Shown here: one piece after another, positions 42,516 to 56,180 of the stretch
Numbering within the stretch: position 1 is the first letter of the stretch
How the letters are laid out: each line of letters starts with the position of its first letter
Source: the human T2T-CHM13v2.0 reference genome, Homo sapiens
Length of the DNA stretch: 64,000 nt
Reading direction: 5' to 3' (one strand)
Assembly (NCBI RefSeq): GCF_009914755.1
Contig: NC_060945.1
Translations under genes and position numbers: made by a program
Notes under the pieces: model-generated
What the model saw: the letters and a program-made list of their open reading frames with translations, nothing else
Told to the model about the DNA's origin: nothing
The model's database searches: none

Positions 42516-43950
42516 TTTTTTTTCTTTTTTTTTAAATTATACTTTAAGCTCTAGGGTATATATGCACAATGTGCAGGTTTGTTAAATAGGTATACATGTG
42601 CCATGTTGGTGTGCTGCACCCATTAACTCGTCATTTACATTTGGTATATCTCCTAATGCTATCCCTCCCCCATCCCCTCACCCCACAACAGACCCCGATG
42701 TGGGATGGTCCCCTTCCTGTGTCCAAGTGTCTCATTGTTCAGTTACCGCCTATGAGTGAGAACATGCGGTGTTTGGTTTTTTGTCCTTGCGATAGTTTGC
42801 TGAGAATGGTAGTTTCCAGCTTCATCCATTTCCCTACAGAGGACATGAACTCATCATTTTTTATGGCTGCATAGTTTTCCATGGTGTATATGTGCCACAT
42901 TTTCTTAATCCAGTGTATCATTGATGGACATTTGGGTTGGTTCCAAGTCTTTGCTATCGTGAACAGTGCTGCAATAAACATACGTGTGCATGTGTCTTTA
43001 TAGCAGCATGATTTATAATCCTTTGGGTATATACCCAGTAATGGGATGGCTGGGTCAAATGGTATTTCTAGTTCTAGACCCTTGAGGAATTGCCACACTG
43101 TCTTCCACAATGATTGAACTAGGTTATAGTCCCACCAACAGAGTAAAAGTGTTCCTATTTCTCCACATCCTCTCCAGCACCTGTTGTTTCCTGACTTTTT
43201 AATGATCGCCATTCTAACTGTGTGAGATGGTATCTCATTGTGGTTTTGATTTGCATTTCTCTGATGGCCAGTGATGATAAGCATTTTTTCATGTGTTTTT
43301 TGGCTGCATAAATGTCTTCTTTTGAGAAGTGTCTGTTCATATCCTTCACCCACTTTTTGATGGGGTCGTTTGTTTTTTTCTTGTAAATTTGTTTGAGTTC
43401 ATTGTAGATTCTGGATATTAGCCCTTTGTCAGATGAGTAGATTGCAAAAATTTTCTCCCATTCTGTAGGTTGTCTGTTCACTCTGATCATAGTTTCTTTT
43501 GCTGCGCAGAAGCTCTTTAGTTTAATTAGATTCCATTTATCAATTTTGTCTTTTGTTGCCATTGCTTTTGGTGTTTTAGACATGAAGTCGTTGCCCATGC
43601 CTATGTCCTTAATGGTATTGCCTAGGTTTTCTTCTAGGGTTTTTATGGTTTTAGGTCTAACATTTAAGTCTTTAATCCATCTTGAATTAATTTTTGTATA
43701 AGGTGTAAGTAAGGGATCTAGTTTCAGCTTTCTACATATGGCTAGCCAGTTTTCCCAGCACCATTTATTAAATAAGGAATCCTTTCCACATTTCTTGTTT
43801 CTGTCAGGTTTGTCAAAGATCAGATGGTTGTAGATGTGTGGTATTATTTCTGCGGGCTCTCTTCTGTTCCATTCTCTATATCTCTGTTTTGGTACCAATA
43901 CCATGCTGTTTTGGTTACTGTTGCCTTGTACTATAGTTTGAAGTCAGGTA
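42516..43950 (-). mobile_element. 5'-truncated L1PA4/5 inserted antisense in L1PB ORF2
   Basis: poly-T, 3' UTR, ORF2 C-terminal fragments (ORFs 42739..43353, 43155..43904); TSD CACCACTTCT (42506-42515 / 43998-44007). Confidence 0.95.
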
Positions 43951-46065
43951 CTGGAAGTCCTATTCTGAACAATCAGGCAAGAGACAGAAAGAAAGGACAC
44001 CACTTCTATTCAACATAGTACTGGAAGTCCTATTCTGAACAATCAGGCAAGAGAAAGAAAGAAAGGACATCCAAATAGGAAAAGTGGAAATCAAACTATC
44101 ATGGTTCACTGCTGATATAATTGTATACCTATAAAGAACTAAGGACTCATCCAAAAGACTCCAAGATCTGATAAACAAATTCAGCAATGTCTAAGGTTCC
44201 AAGATCAATGCATACAAATCAGTAGCATTGCTGTACATCACCAACAACCAAGCTGAGAATCAAATCAATAACTGAATTTGCTTTACAACAATTGCAAAAA
44301 ATATTAAATACATAGGAATATATTTAACCAAGACAGTGAAAGATCTCTACAAGGAGAACTACAAAACACTGCTGAAGTAAATTATAGATGACACAAACAA
44401 ATAAAAACACATCTCATGCCCATGGATTGGAAGAATCAGTATTGTAAAAGTGACCACACTGCCCAAAGCAATCTAAAGATTCAATGCAATTCCCGTTTTA
44501 AAAACCACATTATTTTTTCAAGAATTAGAAAAGACATTCTTAAAGTTCATATGGAACCAAAAAGGAGCCTGGATAGACAAAGAAATCCTGAGCAAAAAGA
44601 ACAACTCTGGAGGCATCAAGTTACTGGACTTCAAGTTTTACTTCAAGGCTATATTTAGCAAAACAGCATGGTACTGGCATAAAAGTAGGCACATAGAGAA
44701 CTGGAACAGATTAGAGAACCCAGAAATAAAGCTAAATACTTAGAACCAACTGATCTTCAACAAAGAATTCAAAAACGTAAATTGAGGAAAGTACGCTTTA
44801 TTTAATAAGTGATGATGGGAAAACTGGCAAGTCACATGCAGGAGAATGAAACTGGATCCCTGTCTCTCACCTCATACTAAAATCTACTCAAGATGTATCA
44901 GAGACTTAAATGTAAGACCTGAAACCATAAAATTTCTAGAAGAAAACCTAGGAAAAACTCCTCTGGACATTGGCTTCGGCAAAGAATTTATGACTAAAAC
45001 CACAAAAGCAAATGCAACGAAAATAAAAAAAATATATGAGATCTGATTAAATTAAAAATCTTCTGCACAGCAAAAGAAATAATCATCAAAGTAAACAAAC
45101 AACTCACAGCATGGAATAAAATATTTGAAACCTATACATCCGACAAAGGACTACTATCCAGAATATACAAGGAACTCAAACAAATCAGCAATAAAAAAAA
45201 TAAATCTTTCCATCAAAAAGTGGGCAAATGACATAAATAGCCTGAAAGAAGATATACAAATGGCCAACAATCATATGAAAAAATGCTCAACATCAGTAAT
45301 CATCAGGGAAATGCTAATTAAAACCATAATGAGATTCCACCTTACTCCTGCAAGAATGGTCGTTATTGAAAAGTCAAAAAACAATAGATGTTGGCATGGA
45401 TGTGGTGAAAGGGGAACACTTATACACTACTGGTGGGAATATAAATTAGTACAACCTCTATGGAAAACGGTATGAAGATTCTTTGAAGAGCTAAAAGTAG
45501 ATCTACCATTCAATTCAGCAATTCCAGTACTGGGCATCTACCCAAAGGAAAATAAGTGGTTATGTGAAAAAGACACATGCACATGTATGTTTACTACAGC
45601 CTAATTCACAATTACAAAAACATGGAACCAGCCGAAGTGTCCATCAGTCAATGATTGGATAAAGAAAATGTGGTATATATACACGGTGGCATATTACTCA
45701 GCCATAAATGGAATAAAATAATGTTATTTTGCAGCAACTTGGTTGGAGCTGGAGGTCATTATTCTAAGTGAAGTAACTCACGAATGGAAAATCAAACACC
45801 ATATGTTCTCACTTATAAGTGGGAGCCAAGTTATGAGTATACAAAGGCATATAGAGTGATATAATGGACCTTGGAGTCTCCAAGGGAGAAGGGTGAGAGG
45901 GAGTATATGCGATAAAAAAAAGAACTACATATTGGGTGCAATGTACACTACTCAGATGATAGGTGCATTGAAATCTCAGAATTCAGCACTATATAATTGA
46001 CCCATGTAACCAAATACCACTAGTACTCCCAAAACAATTGAAATCTGAAAATATATTAATTAAAA

Positions 46066-46175
46066 AATAATGTTACCTACTTCAACAGATTATAATTAAG
46101 ATTATATTACATAATCCTGACAAACAGTACAGTGAGTATTAAAATTTCTCAGTAAATATTAGCTATAATATAATT
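46066..46175 (+). mobile_element. MIR 3' part (continuation of 35612-35901)
   Basis: TACCTACTTCAACAGATTATAATTAAGATTA..CTCAGTAAATATTAGCTAT. Confidence 0.6.
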
Positions 46176-46237
46176 ATTAGACTATTTTTCATTAGCTTAG
46201 AGAGAAGTTTCGCCATTGATAGAAGTGAGGTTAAGAA

Positions 46238-46412
46238 CAGAGGCTGTCAAAGTGTGACCTCCAGAGCAGTAGCATTAGCATCCTGGGAACTTGTCAGAAA
46301 CAAATTCCTGGGTCCCAGGCAGCTCTTACTGAATCAAAAACTCTGCAGCAATTTGGGTTTTTAGCAAATTCTCCAAGTAATTATGATTCATGCAAAAATT
46401 TGGGAACCATTG
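46238..46412. mobile_element. MER5A
   Basis: TCAAAGTGTGACC..AGCATCCTGGGAACTTGTCAGAAA..TACTGAATCAAAAACTCTG..TTTGGGAACCATTG. Confidence 0.8.
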
Positions 46413-46877
46413 AATCTGACAGCTGATACAAGTATTTCCAATCTGCATAAATATTTTGAATTCAATCATTTGTCTTTTCTTGAAGTGGACTGATCACATC
46501 ACTTAAAAAATAATCATATTAATTGCATGCACAATATCCTTAGTATTCCAAAATTTACTTGTCTTCTAAATTTTCTTTGTTACCTGTCAGAACAATATTA
46601 TCAAAATAACAATAATCTAATCATTCAAATATAGACAGATGATAGACAGATGATAGATTATAAATAAAGTGTGAAATAGGCTACATGGTTTGTAACCTCA
46701 ATAATTATACAGTTTTTTATATGTGACAAAACACTCACGTGTAAATAATATTGTAGTCATTGTATATCAAAATAAGGATAATAATCAAAAAGTTAAAAAA
46801 ATTTTAAAAACTGAGCATTTATAATGTATGGCTTGCCATGAAGTAATGTTTTCAGCTTTAAAAATGTTTAAGTTACG

Positions 46878-46940
46878 TACACACATCTATATATACACAC
46901 ATCTATATATATATATATATATACACATACACATATATAT
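46878..46940. repeat. (TA)n/(CA)n compound microsatellite
   Basis: direct observation. Confidence 0.85.
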
Positions 46941-47083
46941 GAATAATTTATTCCAATAATTAAAAAATAATGAATTTGGTCTAGCTAAATATAGGTGCAT
47001 TTTAGAAATAGATAAGAAATTGTAAAAATATCAGCCAATTGTTAAACTCACAGTCTTTGATTACCTGAAAGAATTCTGTGCCT

Positions 47084-47392
47084 GGCCGGGCACAGTGGCT
47101 CACACCTGTAATCCCAGCACTTTGGGAGGCCAAGGTGGGCAGATCACCTGAGGTCAGGAGTTTGAGACAAGCCTGGCTAACATGGTGAAACCCTGTCTTT
47201 ACTAAAAATACAAAAATTAGCTGGGCTTGCTGGCGTGCGCCTGTAGTCCCAGCTACTTAGGAGGCTGAGGCAAGAGAATCACTTGAACCCAGGAAGCGGA
47301 TGTTGCAGTGAGCCGAGATTGCACCACTGCACTCCAGTCTGGGCAACAGAGCGAGACTCTATCTCAAAAAAAAAAAAAAAAAAAAAAAGAAG
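47084..47392 (+). mobile_element. AluSx
   Basis: GATCACCTGAGGTCAGGAGTTTGAG; TSD AGAATTCTGTGCCT. Confidence 0.95.
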
Positions 47393-47473
47393 AGAATTCT
47401 GTGCCTTTTATCCCTGTCTGTTTATGTGTGCATGTGCATGTGCAGATCCAGTCTCAGAAAAGTATAAGAATGC

Positions 47474-47728
47474 AAACACCGCATATTCTCACTCATAGGT
47501 GGGAATTGAACAATGAGAACACATGGACACAGGAAGGGGAACATCACACTCTGGGGACTGTTGTGGGGTGGGGGGAGGGGGGAGGGATAGCTTTAGGAGA
47601 TATACCTAATGCTAAATGACGAGTTAATGGGTGCAGCACACCAGCATGGCACATGCATACATATATAACTAACCTACACATTGTGCACATGTACCCTAAA
47701 ACTTAAAGTATAATAATAATAAAAAAAA
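47474..47728 (+). mobile_element. L1PA3-like 3' fragment
   Basis: GCATATTCTC..GGAGATATACCTAATGCTAAATGAC; TSD AAGAATGC. Confidence 0.93.
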
Positions 47729-50338
47729 GAATGCTTGCTTACAAATTGTGTTTCTTTAGCACTTAATGTTGTTTTGTGTTTTTCAAAAAAACAGCATCCA
47801 AATATACTGGTTGACAATTTGTTTCCAGTTTTTTTCTATAAATGACAAATAGGATATTTAATTTTTGTCTAGCGTAGAGAAGAAACATTATAATTTTGAC
47901 AAAAATATGGTTTCACCTTTCATATAAAATTCTAAACCCGGTAGCACACTTACCTGAAAGGTGAGAAATATGACATTGCCCCAGTAAGTGACAACATCTG
48001 TGGTGCTATCGCAAGGCTAAATTCCTTTATTGTGTCTTTTATAAGATACTGTTAAGTCTAGCAAAATACCATTTTGAGATGCTACTTAAACGTGGCTCAG
48101 AATAAATAAAAAATTGTCAAAGAAACGTTTTAAATTAACACTTCTGATTTTAAAATATAAAGCAATCAAAGACAGTGGTTTTCCAACGTGAACACACCGG
48201 GTATCAGAGGAGTATTATTGAGGCAATGTAAAGAGTATGACAGAAATCACTGACACAGCCACTAGGGATGCACGAAGCCATTCATAAGATATGTCTTTGG
48301 TGTATTTTATCTGCTCCACTTACAATAAATCCTATGTTCTTGAAAGAATGTCATATTTATACTCTCAGGAACTGCCTTGTTAGTCATGTAGTTTAGTAAC
48401 AGTGCCAAAAATAGTTCAGACTTTCTTGACCTTCTCTGTCTAGCATATAAACCTTAACCTGGAAGGAGCAGCTTTGAAGTCAGAGGGCAGTTATAGATCT
48501 GTCTGATTCTGATCCTTAGTTTCTCTACTGAGATTGCAAACACTCACTTGATATATTACATAAAATATTCTTTCATACTCCATCATGAACAGTACAAATA
48601 GTATTTAAACCCATCATATCTTTCCAAATATCACTTGTGCAATTATAATATGTTTTTCTTTTAGAAGGAATACATTGTCTTTCATAATTATATAAAATTA
48701 AAAATTGTGTTACACAACATGAGTTGTTTACTTCTATGAGCTGTGCAACGTTTGATGATGTCCTTTTTGAGGACACAAAAGCAGATATTGACATGCAGTA
48801 TCATGCATGTGTTCTTAGAGAAGAGTTTAAATATGAAGATGATGGTATAGCCATCAGTTGGGATCTCAAATAAATTGTTTAATAAGTGTATTTCTATATT
48901 CAAAAGGCTGAAATAAACTTAAATCTTTTATGGCATTGCCCTTTTATGAATTGGCTTAGCTTATGTATTCTAAATGCCCATAAGTGATATTTTTTGGCTT
49001 CTTACTTCTTTATAACCAATCAAATTACATTTATAAAAGATTATTTAAATAACATTATCAACTAATATAAATATTTCAAATGTCTAGCAAGGCTGTAATT
49101 TATATATTCAAATATATCGTTCTAAAAATATTTGTACAAAGATAGAAATAATATTAGGTCACGCATAATGTATGTAGTGACTAAATTAAAAAGAAAGAGG
49201 AATTAGGTATAAAATTCCATTATTCTCCACCATACTTTCCTATGTGTTATAAAATTTAAGCAAATATGTCTTCAAGTCATGTTACATTATCTTCATAGTA
49301 AATTAATTTTTTCAATCACTGTGAGTAAATTGAGACATAACTGATAATTTGGAATTAGTTATATAATTAATTTTGTCAGTGCATTACAATTTTTAAGAGA
49401 CCGTCTGTCTATAAAAGGATCTTAAGAAATTAGATTGGAAAATTACTATTATAACATTCTAAAAGCATAATATTAGAACTACAAGACCTTAATTATTTAG
49501 CACGAATCAAGTGACCTGACAAACTCAAAGTGCTAAATTGGCAATCTGTTTACCCGAGTATTTTCAGTAAGTTTTGTCTACTTTATAAGAAGACTGACAG
49601 GGATTGCTTTTTGCTATGAGACAGCCAAGATGACCTTTGAGTTCCCTCCTGAATTCTGAAGAAGAAACAAGTAAGATGGACAGGCTTGGTCAATTCTGAT
49701 AATCAAAGGGCCACTTGACATTTTTAGTGAAGAGAAATAGAAATTCTAACGAGAATGTTTGGATAATACTAATTAAGGTGAGCTTGGTGGTATAAAAGTT
49801 ATCACACCCACTCTCAAGGGCCACAGACACAAGTCACAAATAAACTTAGATATTGAATAGTGAAAAGATGGTGAATACAATTGGAACTGGAGAAGCAGAG
49901 TGAAGAATTAACTCCAAATTGACTAAATTGTCAAAGTCTAAATTCTTAACCCTGAATCTAATTAAACAACAGGTGATAATGGTTAATTTAAAAACGGATG
50001 CTTAGTTAATTAGCTATATCCGAGCATAATACCATTTTAGTAGCAAGTAAAAACCATAATTATATTAATAGCAGATTTCTAACACTTAATTTGTTGATAT
50101 CCTAATTATAGGATTTGTTTTAACTTTATGAAAGAAAATGAAGCATCTAAGTCTGCTTTTAACAAAATAACTCATGTTCTTCAGGGCATATGACAAAAAT
50201 CTATTTCAGTGTAAACATTAGTGAGAAAATATCCACAGAGAGTAAAGCCCATGAAGTTAGTAAAATAGTTTTATTATTTTGTGATACTATATAGCTAAAT
50301 TAAATTGGCTACATTGTTTCATAAATACATCTAGTGTG

Positions 50339-50374
50339 GAGAGAGAGAGAGAGTGAGAGAGAGATAGAGAGAGA
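50339..50374. repeat. (GA)n microsatellite
   Basis: direct observation. Confidence 0.85.
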
Positions 50375-52149
50375 CTATGTATATTTAAATGTGTAAAGAA
50401 GAAGCAGACCATTCTGCTCTTTTGTTCATGCAACTCTCTATCTGCTCACTTAAAGACACATTGGCATTTGAGACCTAAAATTGTTACTTTGTTGTTGAAA
50501 TAAAGAATGAACGGAAAGTCAAGGACATTGATTTTGATGACAATATTGTCAAGATCTGTATTTTAGGAGGAAGTATGTAATATTTTTATTTTATAAAAAA
50601 GTAGATCTTTAGGGAGAATGCATTTAGGGCAACTTGAATCTGTCTCCTCAGTTTAAAAAAATAAAAGATCTTTGGCAATTTACTAAATAGTTCATTTATT
50701 TTGAGTAGTGATTACTAGATATTTATCATCAATAAATTCTATCAGTTTGAATTTTAAAAGTAAATAAGCCCCAAATTCTAAAAATTTAAGTTTAAATTTT
50801 ATACAGTTTTACAAAACTAAGAATTATCAAATAAAAAATGCATGGTCCAAGAGCTTCTAAAGCTTTGAAAATGTTTAGTATTTATATGTCATGTAATGTG
50901 CATTGGACACTAGGTTGTTTCCTTCAGAGCGGACCCAGTTAGCATTCATTCATTTTTCCAAACATCACATAATTGACTCTTAAAATTGCTACTTAGTTCA
51001 TCTAAATTTATTTTCAACATTCTTCTAGAAAATCTGGAGCTGGGGTTTCTCAAATTATTATCTGAAGTCATGTAGAAACAAACATTTCAACACTTAAAAA
51101 ACTTTTACGAATTAAAATCAATTATTCACAACTAAAAGAAAATTAGCCATTACTTCATTTTACAGACAAGTCGGGGAATATATGCTGTGTTGTTGAAATG
51201 GCAAACATAATTTCTGCAGTGTAATACAATGGAAAGAAAAGACAGATATTTTTGGTTACTGTCTTGGTTTTGTCTTCTCAAAAAAACAAAAAACAAAAAA
51301 AAAAAAACAAGAAAAAACCAGTTTGCTCTATGAGGATTGCTCATAACTTTTTTGCAGCTCTCACAACATTAAAAAAAATAAAGTTGGAGTTTATTCTGTA
51401 TGTAAAATATTGGCATTAATGTGGATTAATTTAAAAGATTGGTGAGGTTAAAATTTCCTAATATTATTATAATTGTTATTATAGGTATATTAATTAAATA
51501 TTTATTTGGGGTGGTAGAGATTAGAGAGGTAAAGGTAGGAGGAGAGAAACAGGGAATTAGGAAAGAACTGGTATAGATAAGAACAAAGTAGGAGATAAAG
51601 CAGATTGGAACAAAAGAGACATTTATATCAAGGGGACAAAAAGGCCCCATAATGGACCGTTAACAAAAAAAAATCAAATATTCCATTATTTCTTCAGAAT
51701 ATGTTAATTGAGTGGATAAAATGGAATAAATATTTTTGGTGTATAGATTATACCATTGATCAAGGGAGACTTGGACTTGCCTCAAACGTATGTTCAGTTA
51801 CCAGGTTTTAAATACTGATTCAGAAATAAACTCCCCTATGAATCTTTGCCATACATAAAATGTGGGAGTAGATATAACCTGCTCTGATTGAAGAAATATG
51901 AATATTAATATGCCCAAATGTAAGGACTTCAACATGGTGGAAGGATTAGTCAACAGCAGGAGAGGCTGGGAAGACAGAGGATTTAGAGACATACATGTAA
52001 GAGATCAAGAGGCTTTCCATATTACTAATTTGACTTGATTTTTAAGTCAAGGTTGGATCACTAAAAGACTTTATGCAGTAGCCTTATATTGTTTAACTGG
52101 AATTTTTTAAAAGATTACTTTGGGCACAACTTTGAAATGGATTGGAGCT

Positions 52150-53246
52150 GAGTGATAGGTGGAATTCTAAGATGACTCCCAAGTACCACTCACTGCTGTG
52201 AACACTCTTGTGTAATCCTTTCCACTTGAGTGCAGGTAGGAACTCATAGCTTTGAGCCGACAGACTCTGGCAATATTTTTGCAGATGTCATTAGGATCTT
52301 TAATAAACTGACTTTAACTTAATAAAGAGGAAGATTATACAGAGTAGGCCCTATTTAATCAGATGAGCCCTTTAAAAAGAGATCAGAGCTTTCCTGAAAT
52401 GAGACTCCAAAGAACAGCAAGTTTGTCTGATTGATTGGCTTAGTCCACTTTTTCTTTTGTTGCTATAAAAGAATACCTGAGGCTTGGTAATTTATAAAGA
52501 AAAAAAGGCATTTACTTGGTTCATGATTCTGATGACTGGAAAGTTCAAGATTGGGCTTCTGCATCTGTTGAGGGCCTCAGAATGCTTCCACTCATGGCAG
52601 AAGGCAAACAAGAACAGAGATCACATGGTGGGAGAAGAGAAAAGAGAAGCAGGGGAAGGTGCCAGGCTCTTTTTTTAGTAACCAGTTCTCTCAGAAACTA
52701 ATAGAATGAGAACTTAGTCTTAAAGGAGGACATTCATCTATTTATGAGGGATTCACTCCTGTGACTCAAATATCTCCCATTTGGCCCCTCCTCCAACATT
52801 GGAAATCAAAACTTAGTATGAGGTTTGTACAGGAAAAACAGCTGAACCATAGCACTGCCCTTGAAGAAGCAGGTTTCATGTTCTCAGGGGGACTGTGAGA
52901 GGACCAGTGAAGGGGCTTTGGAGTAAAGACCAGGGAGCAACCTGTAAAGCTGAGAGTAGGCTCTGGCTGACAGCCAGTGAGAAAATAGGAACTTCTGCCT
53001 ACAATCTACAACCACAAGGAAGTGAATTCTGCCAGCAACCAGGTGAATTTGGAAGAGGTGACCCAAGCTGCAGAGAAATATGCAACAAACAGAAATTGTG
53101 ATGATATCCTTGTGAGATCAGGAGCGGAGTGCACAGTTAAGCCATATCCACACTCCTGACCCACAAAACTGTGAAAAAATTTAAAGAGTGTTGTTTTAAC
53201 TATACATTTGCAGTGATTTGTCAGGTAGAAATAGAAAACCAATACA
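52150..53246 (+). mobile_element. MLT1E-like LTR interrupted by an MST LTR
   Basis: GAATTCTAAGATGACTCCC..GCAGATGTCATTAGG..TGACAGCCAGTGAGAAAATAGG..AATAGAAAACCAATACA. Confidence 0.82.
52436..52854 (-). mobile_element. MST-type (MSTC/D-like) solo LTR
   Basis: CTTAGTCCA..GTTGCTATAAAAGAATACCTGAGGCTTGGTAATTTATAAAG...AACCATAGCA. Confidence 0.85.
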
Positions 53247-54339
53247 ATTTGCATATAATTTAAAGAGGAAAGTTAAAAGAAGATAGAGAAAATTGTGAGC
53301 TCAAAGAAATAGTTTCAGATCAGCATATCCTACTCTATACAGTAGTAGTATCTAACCCTTTAGTAATAAATAGTACCATAGTAATAAGTTAGATTATTGA
53401 TCTTATGCTTTGCTATATCTTGGATCAGGTACTTCAGTGTATTTGTATCACCTGTTTTTTTGAAATCTTCAACTCCCTGACTTTGTAACGCTGCATGGAA
53501 AATCCAAGTGTAGACTGATTATTTGGACTACAGTGGCAGTGACTGGTGATTTTTATATTTGCCAAAAATGATTACTAAGTTTGGAGGTAGATATTTTCCA
53601 CTTCTCAAAAATTTTTACAAAGTTACTTGTGTAATCTCTTGAGTATAAGTATTCCATACATACTTCAAGTAAATGTGTGAGTTTTCATTTCTATTCAATA
53701 AAGTAGAATGAATCGTCCTAGGTGTCTTCTGAGTCTTTACTTTCAGAATAAGAATAATATACTTCTGCTTTTCTAAAATTTTAATAATGAGTTAACACAA
53801 CACTCAGAATCAAAGACCAAAAAACTACAGCTTCCTTCCTCATCTTAGGCCTTTTTCTACCTGGGTAAGAATTCTATAAAATTGCAAAATTAAAGGTTTT
53901 CCTAAAATACGTCTATTTGTTGAAGATTTTAATAGAAATAATAATGTAATGTTGTCAAGAAAATAAATTTTATATCCTATGTTTGTACTTCTAAATAATT
54001 GTATAGCCTGTGGCAATTTGCTCACCCTCCTTGTTACTTAGTTTAGTTAGCAGATAAAATGGATACAATTTTATTACCTTACTCCATGGTAATTTCAGCC
54101 TAAACTGAATTTAAAAATGAGATTAAATGTGGATATCTATGTGGCTATTTCCAGTTCTAAAATGTATAACTCCGTTAATATATGCATTAATATATAACAT
54201 TATAAAGTTGCATATGAATATCTAATATTTGTAATGGGCATTTATGAAGAACACTTTTTTATTGATGTTTTTCTAGCTACTCTTCTCCTATTTAACTTGG
54301 ATCCTCACTAATTACCCCTGATAAATTACAGTAGATAAC

Positions 54340-54893
54340 TATTGTAAAAGACACTAGTTAAGGTGAACTTAGGGAGTAAAAAAAATGTCATATAATCTTC
54401 TCCCACTAAATATGGACAAAATCTCTGACTTTCTTCTAAGCAAATGAATATGGCAAAGTTGAAGTGATATTGCAGATGTAATTAAGGTTCCTAACCAGTT
54501 ATTTAGGCCTAACCTTAACAAGTGAACTTTTTAAAGAGTGCGTAGGCTATCTTGGAGATTACAGACTCAAAGCAATAGACTCTCTATCAATATTGTTTGA
54601 TTTAAAGCACCAAGCATCCATGAACCTACAGCTCCAAGAAAATAAATTCTGCAAAAAACCTGAGAGAGCTTGTAATGGAATCCTTCCCTATTCAAATGCA
54701 ACCTAGTTGACACCTTGATTTTTATCTTGGTGAGACCTTTCAGAGAAACCAGCTAGGTCCTGCCCAGACTTCTGACCAATAAAAACTAAGTTGTAATAAC
54801 TTAGTTTTTAAGGTAATAAATGGGCATTGCTTTAAGTCACTGAGTGCATTAGTCAATGTTCTCCAGAGAAATAGAATCAATAAGATACACATA

Positions 54894-54930
<37 letters not shown>

Positions 54931-55414
54931 TTTATACAGTAATTGACCCATGAGATTACAGAGGCTGAGAAGTCCTGCAATATGCCATTATTAAGGTGGA
55001 GAATGGGGAAAGCCAGTGGTATAATTCAGTTCAAATCAAAAGGCTTGAGAACCAGAGAAACAAACAGTCCCAGTACAGTCCCAAAGGCCTAAGAACCAGA
55101 AGCGATAAGGTTTGGTGTCAGGAGAAGTTCCATGTTCCTGCTCAAACAGATAAACCATTTCCCTTCCTCTGCTTTTTGTTCTATTTGGCCCCTCAGTGGA
55201 TTGGATGATGCCTGCACACATTGATGAGCATGGCTTCCCTTTACTCAGCCTGTTATTTCACATGCTACTCCCTTCCAGAAACACACTGACACATCCAAAA
55301 ATGTTTTAACAGCTATCCGGGCATTCATTAACCCAGTTATGTTGACACACGAAATTGGCCATCACACTAAGTTTATGGTTAACTTTTTTTGTGCAGCAAT
55401 AGAAAACAAATACA
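54340..55414 (+). mobile_element. MLT1E/F-like LTR interrupted by MLT2
   Basis: GAATATGGCAAAG..GCAGATGTAATTAAGGTTCC..TTTAAGTCACTGAG | CTAAGTTTATGGT..GCAGCAATAGAAAACAAATACA. Confidence 0.78.
54845..55366 (-). mobile_element. MLT2C/D-like ERVL solo LTR with internal (CA)n
   Basis: TGCATTAGTCAATGTTCTCCAGAGAAA..GAGGCTGAGAAGTCC..GTTGACACACGAAATTGGCCATCACA; TSD CTGAG / CTAAG. Confidence 0.87.
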
Positions 55415-55424
55415 ACCACTGCAT

Positions 55425-56180
55425 TTACATTTTTAGAACTAACCTCCTTCCTGAACTCCTTACAGATATTTCCAAATGGCTACAGACATCCCTACCATTA
55501 ATCTCCCTGTCATGTCAAACTTTCCCAACTCAATTTTGACCTGTTGTTCTTGTCCTTTGAATGTTATCTTTAGTTAACAATACCAAACCAACCAGCCAAT
55601 TTAGAAATACAGACTCAATCAAACAACTAAATAAATGACCTGGATTGTATCTATCCTTATATTTTTGCTTTAATTAACATGTCCACTCTATCACTCCTGA
55701 TGGTATCTGTGAGTATATAACTGGCTACTACCTCAAACATTTCTTGAGTTCTTCCTAGTTATCTCTCCTATCCTGCCACAAGTTGGCCCCTATTCCTTGT
55801 CTGAAGAGGCTGCCCTGCCAAAGAAATTGCCCTCTGAGATATTTAAAGCATGAGATCACATACACATAAAATAATGTTCTTCTAAAATATCAGACCCTCT
55901 TATAAATACGGGCAAACTTGTTCATGATTCTCTACCTACCAAGTTCCCAATTAGAATATCCAGGCAAGAAGTTACTGTTGGGGCAGAATTACCCACTCTT
56001 CCCCAGTTCTGTATTTATTTTATTGTATATGTCATGCTTATTGCAAAATATGTGTTAACATGGCTCTTTCTCCTTATGAAATATAACCCTCAAGAACAAA
56101 GGAGATATCTTTGTATTACAACATTTGCACTGTGGTAAACACATCATAAATACTTAGTAAATATTGTTTGCATGAATAAG
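55425..56180 (+). mobile_element. L2 3' region
   Basis: CTCCTTCCTGAACTCC..TTCCAAATGGCTACAGACATC; terminal TACTTAGTAAATATTGTTTGCATGAAT. Confidence 0.6.

Larger units (their letters stand above)
35902..46065 (+). mobile_element. end-to-end L1PB2/3-like LINE-1 with nested insertions and an internal deletion
   Basis: 5' end ACATGGCATATTGGAGGCAG; ORF1 remnant ~40590-41416; ORF2 remnants (ORFs 41825..42049, 42258..42449, 44846..45046, 45125..45475); L1PB 3' UTR; degenerate 20-bp TSD AATAATACTTCCTATTTCAA / AATAATGTTACCTACTTCAA. Confidence 0.9.

Noticed and set aside
42739-43904. Longest ORFs (204 and 249 aa) as a gene
   Set aside because: Frameshifted C-terminal pieces of L1 ORF2p in a truncated L1PA copy
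47945-47990. Cluster of splice-donor-like motifs on both strands
   Set aside because: No matching acceptor or recognisable exon; expected by chance
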